64,000 nucleotides of DNA from the NCBI GenBank assembly GCA_963924565.1, contig OZ004612.1, forward strand, positions 14,012,001-14,076,000, written 5' to 3'. Positions within the stretch are counted from its first letter, which is position 1, and each line of letters begins with the position of its first letter. The translations under genes and the position numbers were made by a program. The DNA is from Ascidiella aspersa (taxonomy: Eukaryota). Positions 30,843-41,624 of this stretch are shown here, one piece after another. The notes under the pieces were generated by a model. That model was not told the DNA's origin and did not search any database. It saw only the letters and a program-made list of their open reading frames with translations.

Positions 30843-32731
30843 TTAAACCATTTTAATCAGCTCTGACTCCATTTCTTCAAGATTGTAGTAATCAGGTCCT
30901 GTTCCGCCAACGTATACAATTAAACCATCTTTAATAATGTAAAGCCGCTCAGGACTTGCTCCATAAGCCCAACACGCGTCATCAGACATGTTGTCAGCCA
31001 TGACCGGAACTGAGAGCTGGATGTCATTTTTGAATATATTAGCTGCTTTTAACCGCTCTTCAATGGTCCTGTGGTTATTAATGGTGTATTTATTTGTTTT
31101 TAAAAACCAGCCATCAGTTGGGTGAGCCTCTCGTATGTAGACGCTGACGAAATCTGCTACGGATTTGTGACGCTCGGCGATTTTGCCGAAGTCTTTTGCC
31201 TGAAATGAGACCAGTTTGCTTATACAGTACTTTATTTTGTCGGTTATTTGCCATTTAAAATAAGGTAGTCGGATAATGACAAATCTTATAACGTATTGAT
31301 AACGTCATTGGGTATCACTATAGTAATGACGTCATTGGGTATCCGGGTGCTGCAGTACTTTTTGCTTGGAATATAAGGAATCGGAAGCGGAAAAAATACG
31401 AAAAAAATACTTACAGATTTCGCATCATTGTTTGCTTCTAACTTAAAACAAAAATTTATTATAAAATCTAGACAACCACGAAGTGCCTGCGGTCCCGAGG
31501 CAACTATTGCGATAAATCCTGTTTTAGTAGCCCTGGGTGTTTCACAATATTAAAAGAAAACGCCACTCAACTGGACATAAGAGGACCAGGGAATTTATAT
31601 TATAAAATGTACCAGAAACATGGCTTGAGGAACATGGTCTAGTGCCCCCACCCAGGTTCAGCCCTTAAAAAAGACCAGTTTGACAGCACTGTTCAATATG
31701 CAGCCTATAGTTTTCGTCGTTTCACAATATCAGAAAGAGGGGGAAAATTCATATTACTAAGGAGAATAGACTGTGTTAAAAAAATATTATGTGGCAGTCA
31801 CAGTAAAAAGTAGTTTAAAAAGAAACTCATCTAAACTTCATTTTATATGTAGATATATTAAATAGTTTATTTTCTGAGTTAGTCCTTCGCGCCCCCTTGC
31901 AAAGCCTTCACGACCCCCAACCCTCCAGGAAAGCGCGCCCTCTAGCCAACAATCCCCGATCTGTCCAACTATGTTTTGTCAAAAATTGTCCATTAATCTT
32001 GGAAATTAAGCAAGTACCTCTTTCTAAAGGACTGTGGATAATTTGGAAAATTTAAATTATGAGTGGACAAACCGTCTATTACGCCAATTATAAAGTTGGT
32101 GACGTATAAAAAATTCTATCGTTAATACATTGCTATATAAGTTTCCAATCAGAGGCTTACCTTTGCCATAAACGGGGGTCAGGAAGAGGATCCGAAGTTA
32201 ATAACAAGCGGACGATTCATCTTAACTAGATCAAATATCGAGCAATATTTTCTGCTTTCCGTGGAATAAAGCTTAACGTTTGGGGGATTTTTGCCAATGT
32301 TAGCTTCTTTCGTAAGATCTGCAATTACTTCCTTAAACACTTCAGAAAGCGCTTCCGGCTGAAAAAAAAGTACGGTAATATTGGTCTATAATCAATTTAA
32401 ATCATTAGTTTTATACAGTAGGCCTATAAATAAAAACAATACAGGTACGGTTCCTTTTCTTTTCGACAGTAAATGTTAAAAAAATTTAACATTATAATTT
32501 GGTATTCTGTCTACATATCACTTTTTTTTACTTTTTACAAATTTTAGCTTTTGAAAATCTTACCGAGAAAAACCTTTCCCTTGTGGCATCACAGTCACCT
32601 GCAATGTTCAACAACCCAACTTTAAAACAAAGAATCGTCATCAAATCATGTACAGCAAATCTCGTCATGGTTATTCCAGTTCTTACCATTGCAATACAAA
32701 AAACGCAGATGTATCGAAACAAGTTAGTCAT
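30843..32731 (-). CDS. Iodothyronine deiodinase-family selenoprotein, copy A (240 aa, 3 exons)
   Basis: Exons 32731-32564, 32358-32161, 31199-30843, all phase 0. Hydrophobic N-terminus; RPLVINFGSSSUPPF with TGA at 32181-32179; VYIREAHPTDGW, NHRTIEER, DNM...AYGASPERLYII. SECIS downstream. No DIO1/2/3 orthology assigned. Confidence 0.95.
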
Positions 32732-33966
32732 TTTGTTATATTGTACACTGCACTAGTTTTTTGACATAAACGCTGGGGAGCTTTACAGAAAGAAGGCAGG
32801 CCTACATTAGACTTCATTTGTGATGATGCCATAGCAGTTAAACTTTAACTTTTAAACTACTCGTATTAATATTTGCACTAAGTCTGCATTTTAACATGTA
32901 TTTTGTTAATTCTGCAAATACAGCAGGCTTTATAGCTGACTAGATGACTCAAAAGTCTTTCGCCGACCCTAAGAACTTTGCACCCTGTATAAAATGAAAA
33001 CAGCATATTATGTGATAAAGACTATACTGTAATGTGCGCTTAGTAAAAATAAGCAGATTGTCCAAGATAACGGAAAATATACTACACAATTTTTTTAACG
33101 TTGAATATAAACAACTAACGCAGCCAGCACAGAATAGCATAAAATTAAACAAAAACCTTTGCTTTATTTTTTTTTAACTGTGAAAAAATCATTATGTAAG
33201 AGGGATACGCGGCCCCAAAGTATATTAAACCCTTAAATAACACTTCTCGTCTTTGGTGAAGCATTCGCTTATGTGTATACACCAAGGTGCAGTTATAAAA
33301 CGACCCCTGGGTTAGGCCCATTGCTCACAGCTAAAGTCTATTTTTTTCTAAAAATGCTCAATTAGCCGATGCTGTTAGTCACCCAAAAGCAACTAATATA
33401 AATTAATTATGTAACAAGAAAAAAAAGTACCGGCGGCCGAAACTTTTCATCTGCCATATTTACGTAATGCAATTCTTCTTATCCGTTTCTGGCCGCGCAT
33501 GACTAAATAGCTTTTTACTCCTGCGTACCAACTGTTATTAAAATAAACCTTCATCCCAAGGCTTGCCGCAGACGTATATAAGGTAGATTTAATCTTACAA
33601 ACGGACAATGTAAATTACTTCTAGTTAATATTTGCATTGGGGTTAATTTTTCTAAACTTGACATAAGACATTCAAGCTGCTCTCGGACATCTCCACTCAT
33701 GCTGCGTGTAATACGGGTAAATTAAGGAGTCAATTGAGGAGATACGATAAGGTTTCTGCTGATGTAGATTTTGGGCTCGCTTTCGGTCGCTGAATATTTT
33801 TTCACATATGCATTCGGAGAGAAAACGTGTGATGGCGGAACCACGTATTGGCTACTCCCACCCAGTATTGTACCATTCAACATTAAACAGTACAAAATCA
33901 TTTTTTGATAACATGTAATATCACAAAGCGAAAATTTCCGAGAAAGCTTAGAATAAAAAGCAAAAA

Positions 33967-34027
33967 TTGCAGGTTGAACTCTCAAATTTGAAGCGAAACT
34001 TTTGCTAGAAATTGTCAAATACTGCAA
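33967..34027 (-). promoter_or_regulatory. SECIS element of deiodinase B (non-canonical UUGA core)
   Basis: Minus strand: helix I UUGCAG/CUGCAA; core UUGAC...UGAG; helix II AAUUUCUAGC/GCUUCAAAUU (two mismatches); loop AAAAGUUUC. Homologous to the copy A SECIS and at a similar distance from the stop. Confidence 0.8.
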
Positions 34028-34082
34028 AGTTTGATTTTATCAAAGCGATTTCAGGGCCGAAAGGTGAATTATTGTCAGCGGA

Positions 34083-35920
34083 TTAGACTTTATTAACCAT
34101 TTTAGCCAACTCCGATTCCATTTCGTCAGGATTATAATGGAAAGGTCCCTCACCGCCAACGTATGCAATTACGCCATCTTTGATAATGTAAAGCCGTTCA
34201 GGAACTGCACCATAAGCGCGACACGCGTCATCAGACATGTTGTCAACCATGACCGGAACTGAGAGTTTGACGTCATTTTTGAACATATTAGCTGCCTTTA
34301 ACCGCTCTTCAATGGTCCTGTGGTTGTTAATGGTGTATTTATTTGTTTTGAGGACCCAGCCTTCAGTTGGGTGAGCCTCTCTTATGTAGACATTGACGAA
34401 ATCTGCTACAGAATTGTTTCGCTCAACGATTTTTGCAAAGTCTTTCATCTATGAAAAATGTTTACATTTTAAATGAACTGAATTGGCAATCTTTCGCGAT
34501 CCTATTACGTAAGATAAGCCTGACACTTTTTTATAAACGCGAAAATATACGCGAAAGAAAAAAGTTAATAACGTTATTTGACACATGGAGTCGAACCGTT
34601 TGACTTTTCCGGTTCAGGATCGGTTTGCGTTAAGGGTTTTTTTCAAAATCTGGTTCGAAAAAAAATAATTTCATTATTGAGGCAATGCTTGGAAGCAACA
34701 GTATATTTAATAAAACAGTTCTATTTCACGGCCGCCAGGAAAAGTTACGTCATAAAACAATTAATCCTAAAACATATGCTGTTCAACAAACTTAAAAATT
34801 GCAACTAGAATCCAGTCTAGTCGCGCAAGGCGCAAAATATCTAGCGTTTTATTGTTTACTTTAATGTAACCTAACGTTTAATATTTGCCCAAGTAAACGA
34901 ACCATAAATATTTGTACGACTTACATTAATTTAAAGATTAACCTACACAGTACAAAAAGTGTTATCAAATCAAAGTTATTCTGTGCTTTGTCATTTGTAA
35001 GTTACACATTTTTTGGATTTTTTTCATTACGAACAGTTATGTAATACTTGCAAACTTGAATTAATGATTAGGCTTAGACTTAAAACTTGACCGGCTTTAA
35101 ATATATAAGTTCTGGCACGATAGAGCTGAAACCTGGCCAGTTCGTCTTATCGAAGTATCAGAGTTCACCAAATTTATTCCACCACACATACACTGTACAT
35201 TCACCGAAACACAGTACAAAAATTTAGGTACAGTATAACCGTATAACGCTTAAAAATATATACGGATTTTATTACCTTTGCCATGTACGGAGGTCAGGAA
35301 CAGGATCCGAAGTTAAGTACCAGTGGGCGATTTTTCTTTACTAGATCAAGCAATCGACAATATTTGTCGCTTTCCATCGAGTAGAGTTCAACATTGGGGG
35401 CGGGTTTTCCAAGTTTTGCCTCTTTGCCTAGTTGGTATTTTCTCACATTGAAGACTTGCGAAACGGCTCTCCACTATCAAGTAAGCAAAATATTCGATGA
35501 TATTGAGTTATGCATGACCATTACAACCTTATACATGGCCATCATAAGCTCATAACGGGAGCCCATTTACTTCAGCCTACAGTGAATTTATTTTTAGTTT
35601 TTATTATAATTAAAGGCTATGTAAACCAGTTAGTTAGGGTTTTTCATACATTATATAGTTTTGTCTTTTACCACTATAAATAAACAATGTCATTGGAATG
35701 TAGTACGTTGAGGGCACTACGTTCCAAATTGCTCTTGGTAGGCTACTATACCCACCGACAAAAAAATTTCCTCAGCGCCAACAAAGTTGCTGGAAACATA
35801 ACCGAGCAATTTTCCAACGCCCAAAATCACTAACAAATCGTGTGCAGCCAACAGAGAGATGACTATTGCAGCTCTTAACGTCGCAAGGCAAAGGACATAG
35901 ATGTTTTTAAGCACATTCAT
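34083..35920 (-). CDS. Iodothyronine deiodinase-family selenoprotein, copy B (242 aa, 3 exons)
   Basis: Exons 35920-35756 (donor GTGGGT), 35473-35276, 34448-34083. RPLVLNFGSCSUPPY with TGA at 35296-35294; VYIREAHPTEGW; YGAVPERLYII; GPFHY. Same intron positions as copy A. Confidence 0.95.
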
Positions 35921-37985
35921 CTTCTAGCACAAATGTGTGCTCTAACCTTTCAATCCTGTTTCAACCACTCAGCTTTGCAAATACACGATCATTCTAGATT
36001 ACGAGTATCGCAGGTAACCTATAGTTAAAGTTTAACATAACCCAGGATATTGACAGAGTGTCGAGTTTGCTTTGTAAAGGGTTCTTTCATCGAACCTTCG
36101 AACGACATAACACTTTTTAAAGTGTCTTTTTTACCTGATTGTTTTGGTACAGCAAAAAGAAAATGAGTGTTGTTTTGTTGTCCTGTTTATATTTTTTATC
36201 TTTGACCTATTTTTTGGTCAGTTGTCACCTAACAATCCTTGATTACTTTAGCGATAGAAGCGTGTACGTGTTTCTAGATCTAGAGCGTCTGGTTTTTACA
36301 CGTTCCTTTTTGTAGGCGATAAAAATACCTGTCCCTATACAACTTTTTTAACTCTAGGCATAGTTACCACAGTTGATTTGATAATGCTCGGTGAGTACAT
36401 TGACAATGTCTTATCACATGCGATAAGCTAAAACGGCGATTCAAGCCGCCAGTACAGTGGTTCCAAAACTTGTTTTACCTTGCGGTTTTGTTTCTTAAAA
36501 TAATGGCGGACCCCTTTATTGTTTAAAACAGCGAAACTTGGCATTTTAATGTACATTACTTAACATTTACTTATCGGGAACAAGTTGATAAAGGATTTAT
36601 TACCATTTAAATTCAAAGAAGTAAAAATTCTTCAGAGTAATATAACTTGTCGGCCTATTAAATAAGAGGTGTTGTGTGGACCCCTTCAAACTTTCTCACA
36701 GTGTAAAGCAGAATAAAGTAGAATGGAAGAGTATTGGACCCGAACAGCACAGATCGCTCGCTTTGGGTATTGGTCACACCTCAGTGGATACCGGTCACGT
36801 GCGTTTTACGTCACGCAAGGCAGTGTCAATGAATTACTGCAAGCGAATGTTACAATAAACTTAGCACTGCCACTGTATCCGTCTTACAGACAAAGATAAA
36901 ACCAGGATAACTAGCACATAGAGTTGTCCGATACTTGACATTTTATTCAGAAACCCGATGTTTTGCACAAAATATGTCGCGATTTTATCTGATGTCAAAC
37001 GGGTTATTGTTAAGCTCGAACAAGCAAACTGGAAGAAAAAAATACGTGCAAAGACAGTTTTGTAAGGATTTCGGGTCAACTTTGCCTTAGTAATAAGAAG
37101 ATTAGTTACCTCAAGTTTTATTAACCTATTATTTTTATCTTAAAACGATAATTTGTCAAAAAATATTTGGTTAGCAAAACCTTGAGGCAACTGATCTACT
37201 TCGCACTAAGGAAGAGTTGGCCCCAAACCCTAACTTGGCATCGGGTTTCGGTTCCGATACTTGCATTTTGTATCATCCAAGTATTATTTTGATTAACCCT
37301 TTTAATGGTATTGTGTATATTTACCATTCGTTCAACTGCAAAACGCCACAGTTTCTATGAAATCAGACTTGGACAAACTGCGGCCAGCCAAGCAATTTAA
37401 TCCGGTCCGCGGCTCATTTTCATAAAACTTTGTTTGGGTAACATTTTTTATCTAATTTACTTTATAATTTTTTATTGAATAAATGACACTTGTAAGGAAA
37501 CCTCACTTTTCCTACTCTCACTACCTGTAAAAACGATGCTTTTTACGCCACTTTTAAAAAATGACTACACTTTATAATTTTTCATATGCTACATTTAACC
37601 CAGCCCCCAAGACTTTTTTATTCTCATGCGACGCCCTGTCAAAATAAGCGCCCAATCCTGGACTAGACTTAAAGTGGTGATAAATAATCTAGCGCATCGA
37701 TATTTTTCCTTTATATTTAAAGGCACAAACTGCTGCTGAAATTGTATATTAAAAATACCCTAAAGAGTTAAATAAATGTAAACTAAGAATCAGACAACCT
37801 ACCTCAACATAGCATTTGTTTTTAGAAACATTTTTATATTATTTTCCTAAAAAAACAACATTTTTTTGTATTATACTTTTATTCTGTTTTTATGTGTCTA
37901 CATCTGGCTGGATAATAAACTACTCAATGATAGATACTTAAAAAATTGTTAATGTGTTTAAGAATAATGTAATCTCTAACAATGT

Positions 37986-38194
37986 GTACACCGAAAGCCA
38001 TCGCAGACGCACTGAATCTGTCGATTAATGATGCAAGCAGGGTAGGCTAGAAAAACAACTAGCATCATTAATCGACAGATTCGGTGATGGCTTGAGGTGT
38101 ACTCATGATCCATAAGCCGTAATCGTTGGTCACAAAGCAGCAGAAGGGCTATATCACAGTTGTTAACAGACATATATGTGTGCATGTTTTATTG
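37986..38194 (+). mobile_element. SINE copy (same family as 41309-41624) with a 5' inverted duplication
   Basis: TSD AATCTCTAACAATGT/AATCTCTAATAATGT (37971-37985, 38195-38209). Body aligns with the 41309 copy (AAGCCGTAATCGTTGGTCA...GGGCTA.ATCACAG.TGTTA). Confidence 0.8.
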
Positions 38195-38683
38195 AATCTC
38201 TAATAATGTGTTCATCTATATTACTTTTACTAGACACTCTTCCTGATCCTTATTCTCACGGTCTTTCTTGTAGCTTAGGTGTTTCTGGTCACGAAGCAAA
38301 CCATTTGCTTTAATACAACTTAACCTTGCGACGGAAAATAGACGGCAAAAACGGTGTAGGCCTACAGCAGTTTGGAGAATATTTATAGCTTTGATTTCCA
38401 GTAACAGGCTGAAGCACCGTTGCTCAGCTATATCCCTAACCCTCTTGAGGGCCGCTGGGCGAAAGTGTGATTTATAACTTAACTAACTTGATTAGCAAAT
38501 ACATTTATGCAAAAAAATAATAAGCAAATACTATATTGGATAACTGCATTGGTGCGCGTTAACAACAAATAAAAATATTGATTTTAGTAGACTTCGCGGA
38601 TCGGTTACCATTTCCGTCGACAGTAGAAGAGAAACAAAAGCAGTTCAAAGCATTTTTGGAATTTAGGTGCACTGTCAGTTGGT

Positions 38684-40534
38684 CTATTCCATCCCAGTTG
38701 TTTCGTTGGAACTACACAAGCCACTAAACCACGATTTCGTCTTTGGTTTGTTCTTGAAACGAGGCGATTTCGGATTGCCCCACCCTGGTTGCACATTCTT
38801 TGTACGAATAAGATCTAAAGCGGCAGGTTTTTGATAAGAATTAAACGCTTCTGGCGGAGGAGCCGGAAAATCGTAACCAGAACACCGACTTTCAGAAGAT
38901 TGGCTTTCCACCTCAGCTTCATCCGAAGGATTATTTTGTTTTGCTTCCTCAATTTTATCTGACGACTCACGTTCACTAGTCTGGTCAGATTCATGATTTA
39001 GTTCTTTTGTTGATTCTATCATTTCTTCATTTTTTTGTTCAGAATTGTCAGCTTGAGTTTTGTGCTGAGTTTGTTCTGCGTTTTCCGATAAAGCGTCATC
39101 GTTTTCTTGCGATGACTCTTTATTATCAATCACGTTTTCGTCATTTTGAATATCATTGTTTCTATCGTCCGAACTTTTGTCCAGCGTTTGGCTCGTTAAA
39201 AATACACCGGGGGTTTTAGTTTGCTCTATAGATTCGGTATTTTCATCCTTTTGCAGTTGTTCATCAACAATTTCGTAACTTTTCTCTTCTGGTTCGACTG
39301 CATTAGTAATTTGATCATCGGGTTCTGTTGGTTGAGCTACATCAGTAATTTGATCATTCACTCCTGTTGGTTCAACTGCATCAGTAATTTGATCATTCAC
39401 TCCTGTTGGTTCAACTGCATCAGTAATTTGATCATTCACTGCTGTTGGTTCAACTGCATCAGTAATTTGATCATCGAGTTTTGTTGGTTCAGTTGCATCA
39501 GTAATTTGATCATTCACTCCTGTTTGTTCAACTACATCAGTCATTTGATAATTGACTCCTGTTTGTTCAACTGCATCAGTAATTTGATCGTTCACTCCTA
39601 TTGGTTCAACTGCATCAGTAATTTGATCATTCACTCCTGTTGGTTCAGCTGCATCAGTAATTTGATCATTCACTCCTGTTGGTTCAACTGCATCAGTAAT
39701 TTGATCATTCACTCCTGTTTGTTCAACTGCATCAGTAATTTGATCATTCACTCCTGTTGGTTCAACTGCATCAGTAATTTGATCATTCACTCCTGTTTGT
39801 TCAACTGCATCAGTAATTTGATCATTCACTCCTGTTGGTTCAACTGCATCAGTAATTTGATCATTCACTCCTGTTTGTTCAACTGCATCAGTAATTTGAT
39901 CGTTCACTCCTGTTGGTTCAACTGCATCAGTAATTTGTTCATCGAGTTTTGTTGGTTCAGCTGCATCAGTAATTTGATCATTCACTCCTGTTTGTTCAAC
40001 TGCATCAGTAATTTGATCATTCACTCCTGTTGGTTCAACTGCATCAGTAATTTGATCATTGATTCCTGTTTGTTCAACTGCATCATTAATTTGATCATTG
40101 ACTGCTGCTGGTTTAGCTATATCATTAATTTGATCATTGACTGCTGTTGGTTCAACTGCATCAGTAATTTGATCGTTAAGTGCAGTTGGTTCAATTGCAT
40201 CAGTAATTTGATTGCTGTTTGCTGTTGATTCAGCTACCTTAGTCACTTGATTGTTGGGTACTTCGGCTTCAATTGCACCAGTTTCTTGAGTGCTCATCGT
40301 TGTCTCGGGTATTGCAACCGTTGGTGCGACGAGAGTTTGTTCGACGTCTTCACCAAGTGAACTTTCAAAGGTCTTGAGCGCATCTTCTGTGCTGTTGTCG
40401 TTCATCAAAATAACACAGGTTTCAGTGCCATTCACGTCGACTTTAATGTCACTATCGCTTGGTGCATTTGAATCTAGTTCTACCCAAACTTGCTCCAACA
40501 ATGGGCCTGCATTAACGTTAATCGTTTCATCCAT
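38684..40534 (-). CDS. Acidic, probably disordered protein (616 aa) with about 24 tandem 13-aa repeats
   Basis: Uninterrupted ORF from ATG 40534, with long non-repetitive coding flanks on both sides of the array. Repeat consensus NDQITDAVE(P/Q)TGV; basic C-terminal tail. Family not recognised. Confidence 0.8.
   Translation of the reverse strand: MDETINVNAGPLLEQVWVELDSNAPSDSDIKVDVNGTETCVILMNDNSTEDALKTFESSLGEDVEQTLVAPTVAIPETTMSTQETGAIEAEVPNNQVTKVAESTANSNQITDAIEPTALNDQITDAVEPTAVNDQINDIAKPAAVNDQINDAVEQTGINDQITDAVEPTGVNDQITDAVEQTGVNDQITDAAEPTKLDEQITDAVEPTGVNDQITDAVEQTGVNDQITDAVEPTGVNDQITDAVEQTGVNDQITDAVEPTGVNDQITDAVEQTGVNDQITDAVEPTGVNDQITDAAEPTGVNDQITDAVEPIGVNDQITDAVEQTGVNYQMTDVVEQTGVNDQITDATEPTKLDDQITDAVEPTAVNDQITDAVEPTGVNDQITDAVEPTGVNDQITDVAQPTEPDDQITNAVEPEEKSYEIVDEQLQKDENTESIEQTKTPGVFLTSQTLDKSSDDRNNDIQNDENVIDNKESSQENDDALSENAEQTQHKTQADNSEQKNEEMIESTKELNHESDQTSERESSDKIEEAKQNNPSDEAEVESQSSESRCSGYDFPAPPPEAFNSYQKPAALDLIRTKNVQPGWGNPKSPRFKNKPKTKSWFSGLCSSNETTGME
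39285..40215. repeat. Coding minisatellite, 39-bp unit, about 24 copies
   Basis: Unit CATCAGTAATTTGATCATTCACTCCTGTT(G/T)GTTCAACTG on the plus strand; P/Q variants alternate in the centre (78-bp higher-order unit). Confidence 0.95.
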
Positions 40535-41308
40535 TTTAACCCAAAACAAGATTATAGTTCAGTTTGTCAGAAATTATTACTGAATTACTGTCGCTTTGTC
40601 GTGATAATAACGCATTCAACAAAAGCTTTCTTATCGCCTTTCTGCGATGTATTGACGTTTTTGCTGTTGTCACAAACGTTGAAGAGGAAGTGTCGTATAC
40701 CGTCAGCCAGTGAAATAAAACGTTGTTTTGTTTTCGATGATTAACGACAAATAATGCCTGCAATGCTTTTTTATGCGGGCTTTAACTCCACTTGTCTTAC
40801 TTAATCAATTATTATAATTATCAAATAGGCCTACTACGGTTACTAAGCCACAAGGAAAATTACTTTATATAAGAATGTAGGCTACACAGTGATTCAGAGC
40901 GTATATACGTTTTGCTAGAAAAGCACTGGACTTGCTTGTAAAAGCGCACTGTAGAAGCTCTAGTCTAGGTGACTGGTTCTTAACCTGGGAGTATTTACTT
41001 CAATTTGTTGAATTTCCAATGCTCTTTTGTTTGAATGTTATTAATTTGTTCGTAGGGGAAATATAATATTTTTGTTTTGGGGAGCGAGATGAACTTTTTT
41101 TAGGAATGACTTCACAAAGTTAAGTTATAGCGTGACGTCGTGAAAAAAGTTTTCTTTTTAAAGGAAATTCGTGAACAAAACACAGTTTAAGTCCAATCGA
41201 ATCACACCACGCGCAACATTACAAAACAAATTCATATGAATCAAATCACGATAGACCATCTAAACTGGTGGATAAATCTTTTTATAAAACGTAACCTATT
41301 TAAATCCA

Positions 41309-41624
41309 GTACACCGAAAAGCCATCGCAGACTCGCCGAATCTGTCGATCTATGATGCAAGCAGAGCAAGCCAGAAAAACAACTGGCCTGCAGTGAGGTT
41401 CGAACTCACGACCTCCGGTCAAGCCGGGTGAGTTCGAACCTCACTGCAGGCCAGTTGTTTTTCTGGCTTGCTCTGCTTGCATCATAGATCGACAGATTCG
41501 GCGAGTCTGCGATGGCTTTTCGGTGTACTATTGATACGGAAGCCGTAATCGTTGGTCATAAAGCAACTTCCGAGGGGCTAGATCACAGATGTTATTAAAC
41601 ACATATGTTTGTGTGTGTCTTTCA
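41309..41624 (+). mobile_element. tRNA-derived SINE with a perfect 101-bp 5' inverted duplication
   Basis: 13-bp TSD CTATTTAAATCCA (41296-41308, 41625-41637). Arms 41309-41409 and 41428-41528 are exact reverse complements. tRNA variable loop/T-arm and B-box AGGTC-GTGAG-TTCGAAC-CTCAC; TG-rich tail. Confidence 0.88.

Noticed and set aside
31304-31345. Duplicated ACGTCATTGGGTATC with a full CRE (TGACGTCA) in deiodinase A intron 2
   Set aside because: TGACGTCA is frequent in this window, often in repeats, and I saw no counterpart in copy B.
32179-35296. In-frame TGA codons read as pseudogenising stops
   Set aside because: Both fall at the catalytic Sec position of deiodinases, and each gene has a SECIS.
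39285-40215. Regular 39-bp repeats resembling a CRISPR array
   Set aside because: Head-to-tail units with no unique spacers, in frame within a eukaryotic ORF, and no cas genes.
39221-40228. 335-aa Cys/Trp-rich plus-strand ORF (CISNLIIHSCWFN repeats)
   Set aside because: Antisense shadow of the 39-bp coding repeat. It ends with the array, while the minus-strand ORF extends well beyond on both sides.
41390-41450. tRNA gene suggested by GTGAGTTCGAACCTCAC
   Set aside because: Only the variable loop and T-arm are present, with no D-arm or acceptor stem; it lies inside a TSD-flanked SINE.
37986-41624. Two SINE copies as LTR-like direct repeats mobilising the repeat-protein gene
   Set aside because: Each copy has its own distinct TSD, so they are separate insertions rather than the ends of one composite element.
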